From assembly GCA_903929005.1 (NCBI GenBank), contig CAIYTC010000239.1, positions 1 to 59,845 on the forward strand: a stretch of DNA of 59,845 bases. Reading direction: 5' to 3'. The stretch comes from an uncultured Dehalococcoidia bacterium (GTDB lineage: Bacteria; Chloroflexota; Dehalococcoidia; GIF9; UBA5629). A program made the position numbers and the translations under genes. The notes under the pieces are model-generated. The model was not told where the DNA came from and ran no database searches. It was given only the letters and a program-made list of their open reading frames with translations. Of this stretch, positions 58,820 to 59,845 are shown piece after piece. The first letter of the stretch is position 1, and each line of letters opens with the position of its first letter.

Positions 58820-59845
58820 TCACACGGTTACCGGAATTGAAGATATCAAATCCCCCCTTTTGGGGATGCCTTCGCTGACAGTAGTAATACGGTTGCCTTT
58901 GCTCAGCATATAGTCCGAAAAAACAGCGTGAACGGACTGCCCATTGGTAATGCCCGCCCGCTGTAACTGAAAATGAATATGAGGGGCGTAGGAAAATCCC
59001 GAGTTACCACATAAACCCAACCATTGACCTCTCTTGACGGTATCCCCTACCTTGACCTTAAGCGAGAATTGAAGCAAATGACTTATTTCGCTGAATTCTT
59101 CAAAGCCATGGTCTATTATTATGTAGTTGCCCCAGGAAGATTTCATGTCAACATTGGGCGGATAATTGTCAACAATGTGATCGGTCGCGTTTACTACACG
59201 GCCATCTGCAGGAGCAATAACTGGCAGTCCGAAGCAGAAAAAATCCTCGTTATTATTGCCTGCGCCACGAAAAGAATGACCGAATTCGTTAACAACAATG
59301 AAATCCCAGGCATATGCAGCGACGCCGATATGTGTTGGTTGGCTGAAATTGCCGTTTGAGACAAACCAGAAACCATAAAAGGGGAGCGTCAATTTTGCCC
59401 GTCGCCCGGTCAATGTATTTTTCAGGTGTTTCGCAGATAACTTGACTTCAGGTTTCTCAATTAATTCGAAAGGCATAATTTCCAGGTTTAAACGCGCAGT
59501 TGTTGTCGGAAATGACCTGATAATTAACAGGGAAGATAGTGCAACAAGGTTAAAGGGCCCGGCCAGTACGGGCATATTAATCAAATATGAAATGTAAATC
59601 CACAGCGTCCCGACAAATGCGGTAATAGAACATGCGATAACCGTGTAAATCAACGATTGCAGGTTGAATTTTAAATAATGAGCTCCAAGTGCCAGTCCAA
59701 CCAGGGCACAATTAAAACCGATTATCAGTTGATTTAAGTATTCGGGTGAAGGCGTGATCGACAAATAAAGGCCAAGGCCCAGAGCGCTCCCTAAAAAACC
59801 GAGGCAAGCTGCAACAGGCGAATACAAAACGGCAACGATCAGTGC
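58820..59845 (-). CDS. urea-transporter-like membrane domain fused to M23 metallopeptidase domain; 5' end outside window
   Basis: The reading frame stays open to the window edge; the track's TTG 59827 is probably internal. The membrane part has LIIGFNCALVGLALG and LAGPFNLVALSSL, which resemble UT signature segments. The C-terminal part has M23 motifs WGNYIIIDHG and SYAPHIHFQL (HxH). Confidence 0.75.
   Translation of the reverse strand, partial: ALIVAVLYSPVAACLGFLGSALGLGLYLSITPSPEYLNQLIIGFNCALVGLALGAHYLKFNLQSLIYTVIACSITAFVGTLWIYISYLINMPVLAGPFNLVALSSLLIIRSFPTTTARLNLEIMPFELIEKPEVKLSAKHLKNTLTGRRAKLTLPFYGFWFVSNGNFSQPTHIGVAAYAWDFIVVNEFGHSFRGAGNNNEDFFCFGLPVIAPADGRVVNATDHIVDNYPPNVDMKSSWGNYIIIDHGFEEFSEISHLLQFSLKVKVGDTVKRGQWLGLCGNSGFSYAPHIHFQLQRAGITNGQSVHAVFSDYMLSKGNRITTVSEGIPKRGDLISSIPVTV

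Overview
This is mostly core-genome sequence from a moderately GC-rich bacterium. Several traits suggest a Chloroflexota/Dehalococcoidia-like member of the Terrabacteria. They are a monoderm-type S12 insertion, Zn-type S14/L36/L24, a bS22-like peptide, fusA not followed by tuf, and intergenic repeats that translate as CHCE. This placement is inference only. Layout: (1) 1-11.5 kb looks accessory. It holds the 3' end of a hybrid histidine kinase, a repeat-filled spacer, a Zn-ribbon/TPR protein, an apparent operon of two paralogous Zn-ribbon membrane proteins plus RmuC, a metallophosphoesterase, an alpha/beta hydrolase, L25/Ctc, a B12-type radical SAM protein and a PAS/GAF sensor with no output domain. 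(2) 11.7-31.7 kb is one uninterrupted plus-strand ribosomal super-operon of 38 genes (rpsL-rpsG-fusA, then S10, spc and alpha blocks, then truA-rplM-rpsI). It includes two sub-60-aa genes absent from the ORF track: rpmJ, and a bS22-like peptide between rplW and rplB. It ends in a 14-bp GC hairpin terminator. (3) 31.7-37.8 kb carries PGI/PMI, phosphomannomutase, metK, ahcY and a divergent PfkB kinase. (4) Next come dnaX-ybaB-recR-recO, rpsO-pnp, dapB-asd-dapA, a DUF3795 protein and purA. (5) 48.6-52.8 kb is a usp / inositol-1-P synthase / PimA-like GT4 / CDP-alcohol phosphatidyltransferase / small membrane protein operon, which predicts an inositol phospholipid or glycolipid. (6) The window ends with a PHP phosphoesterase, a small DUF5679-type Zn-ribbon protein, nusA-ylxR-infB-rbfA-truB (no rimP), and a partial urea-transporter-like/M23 peptidase fusion running off the end. 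I saw no rRNA, tRNA, CRISPR array, transposase, integrase or prophage, and no convincing novel multi-gene system such as a defence island. The best second-look items are the bS22-like micro-ORF, the inositol-lipid operon, the Zn-ribbon-membrane/RmuC operon, the UT-M23 fusion, the intergenic repeat family and the nusA leader hairpin. Many long ORFs in the track are antisense shadows of real genes and were discarded. Several start codons were moved downstream of the track starts on the basis of Shine-Dalgarno or promoter positions.
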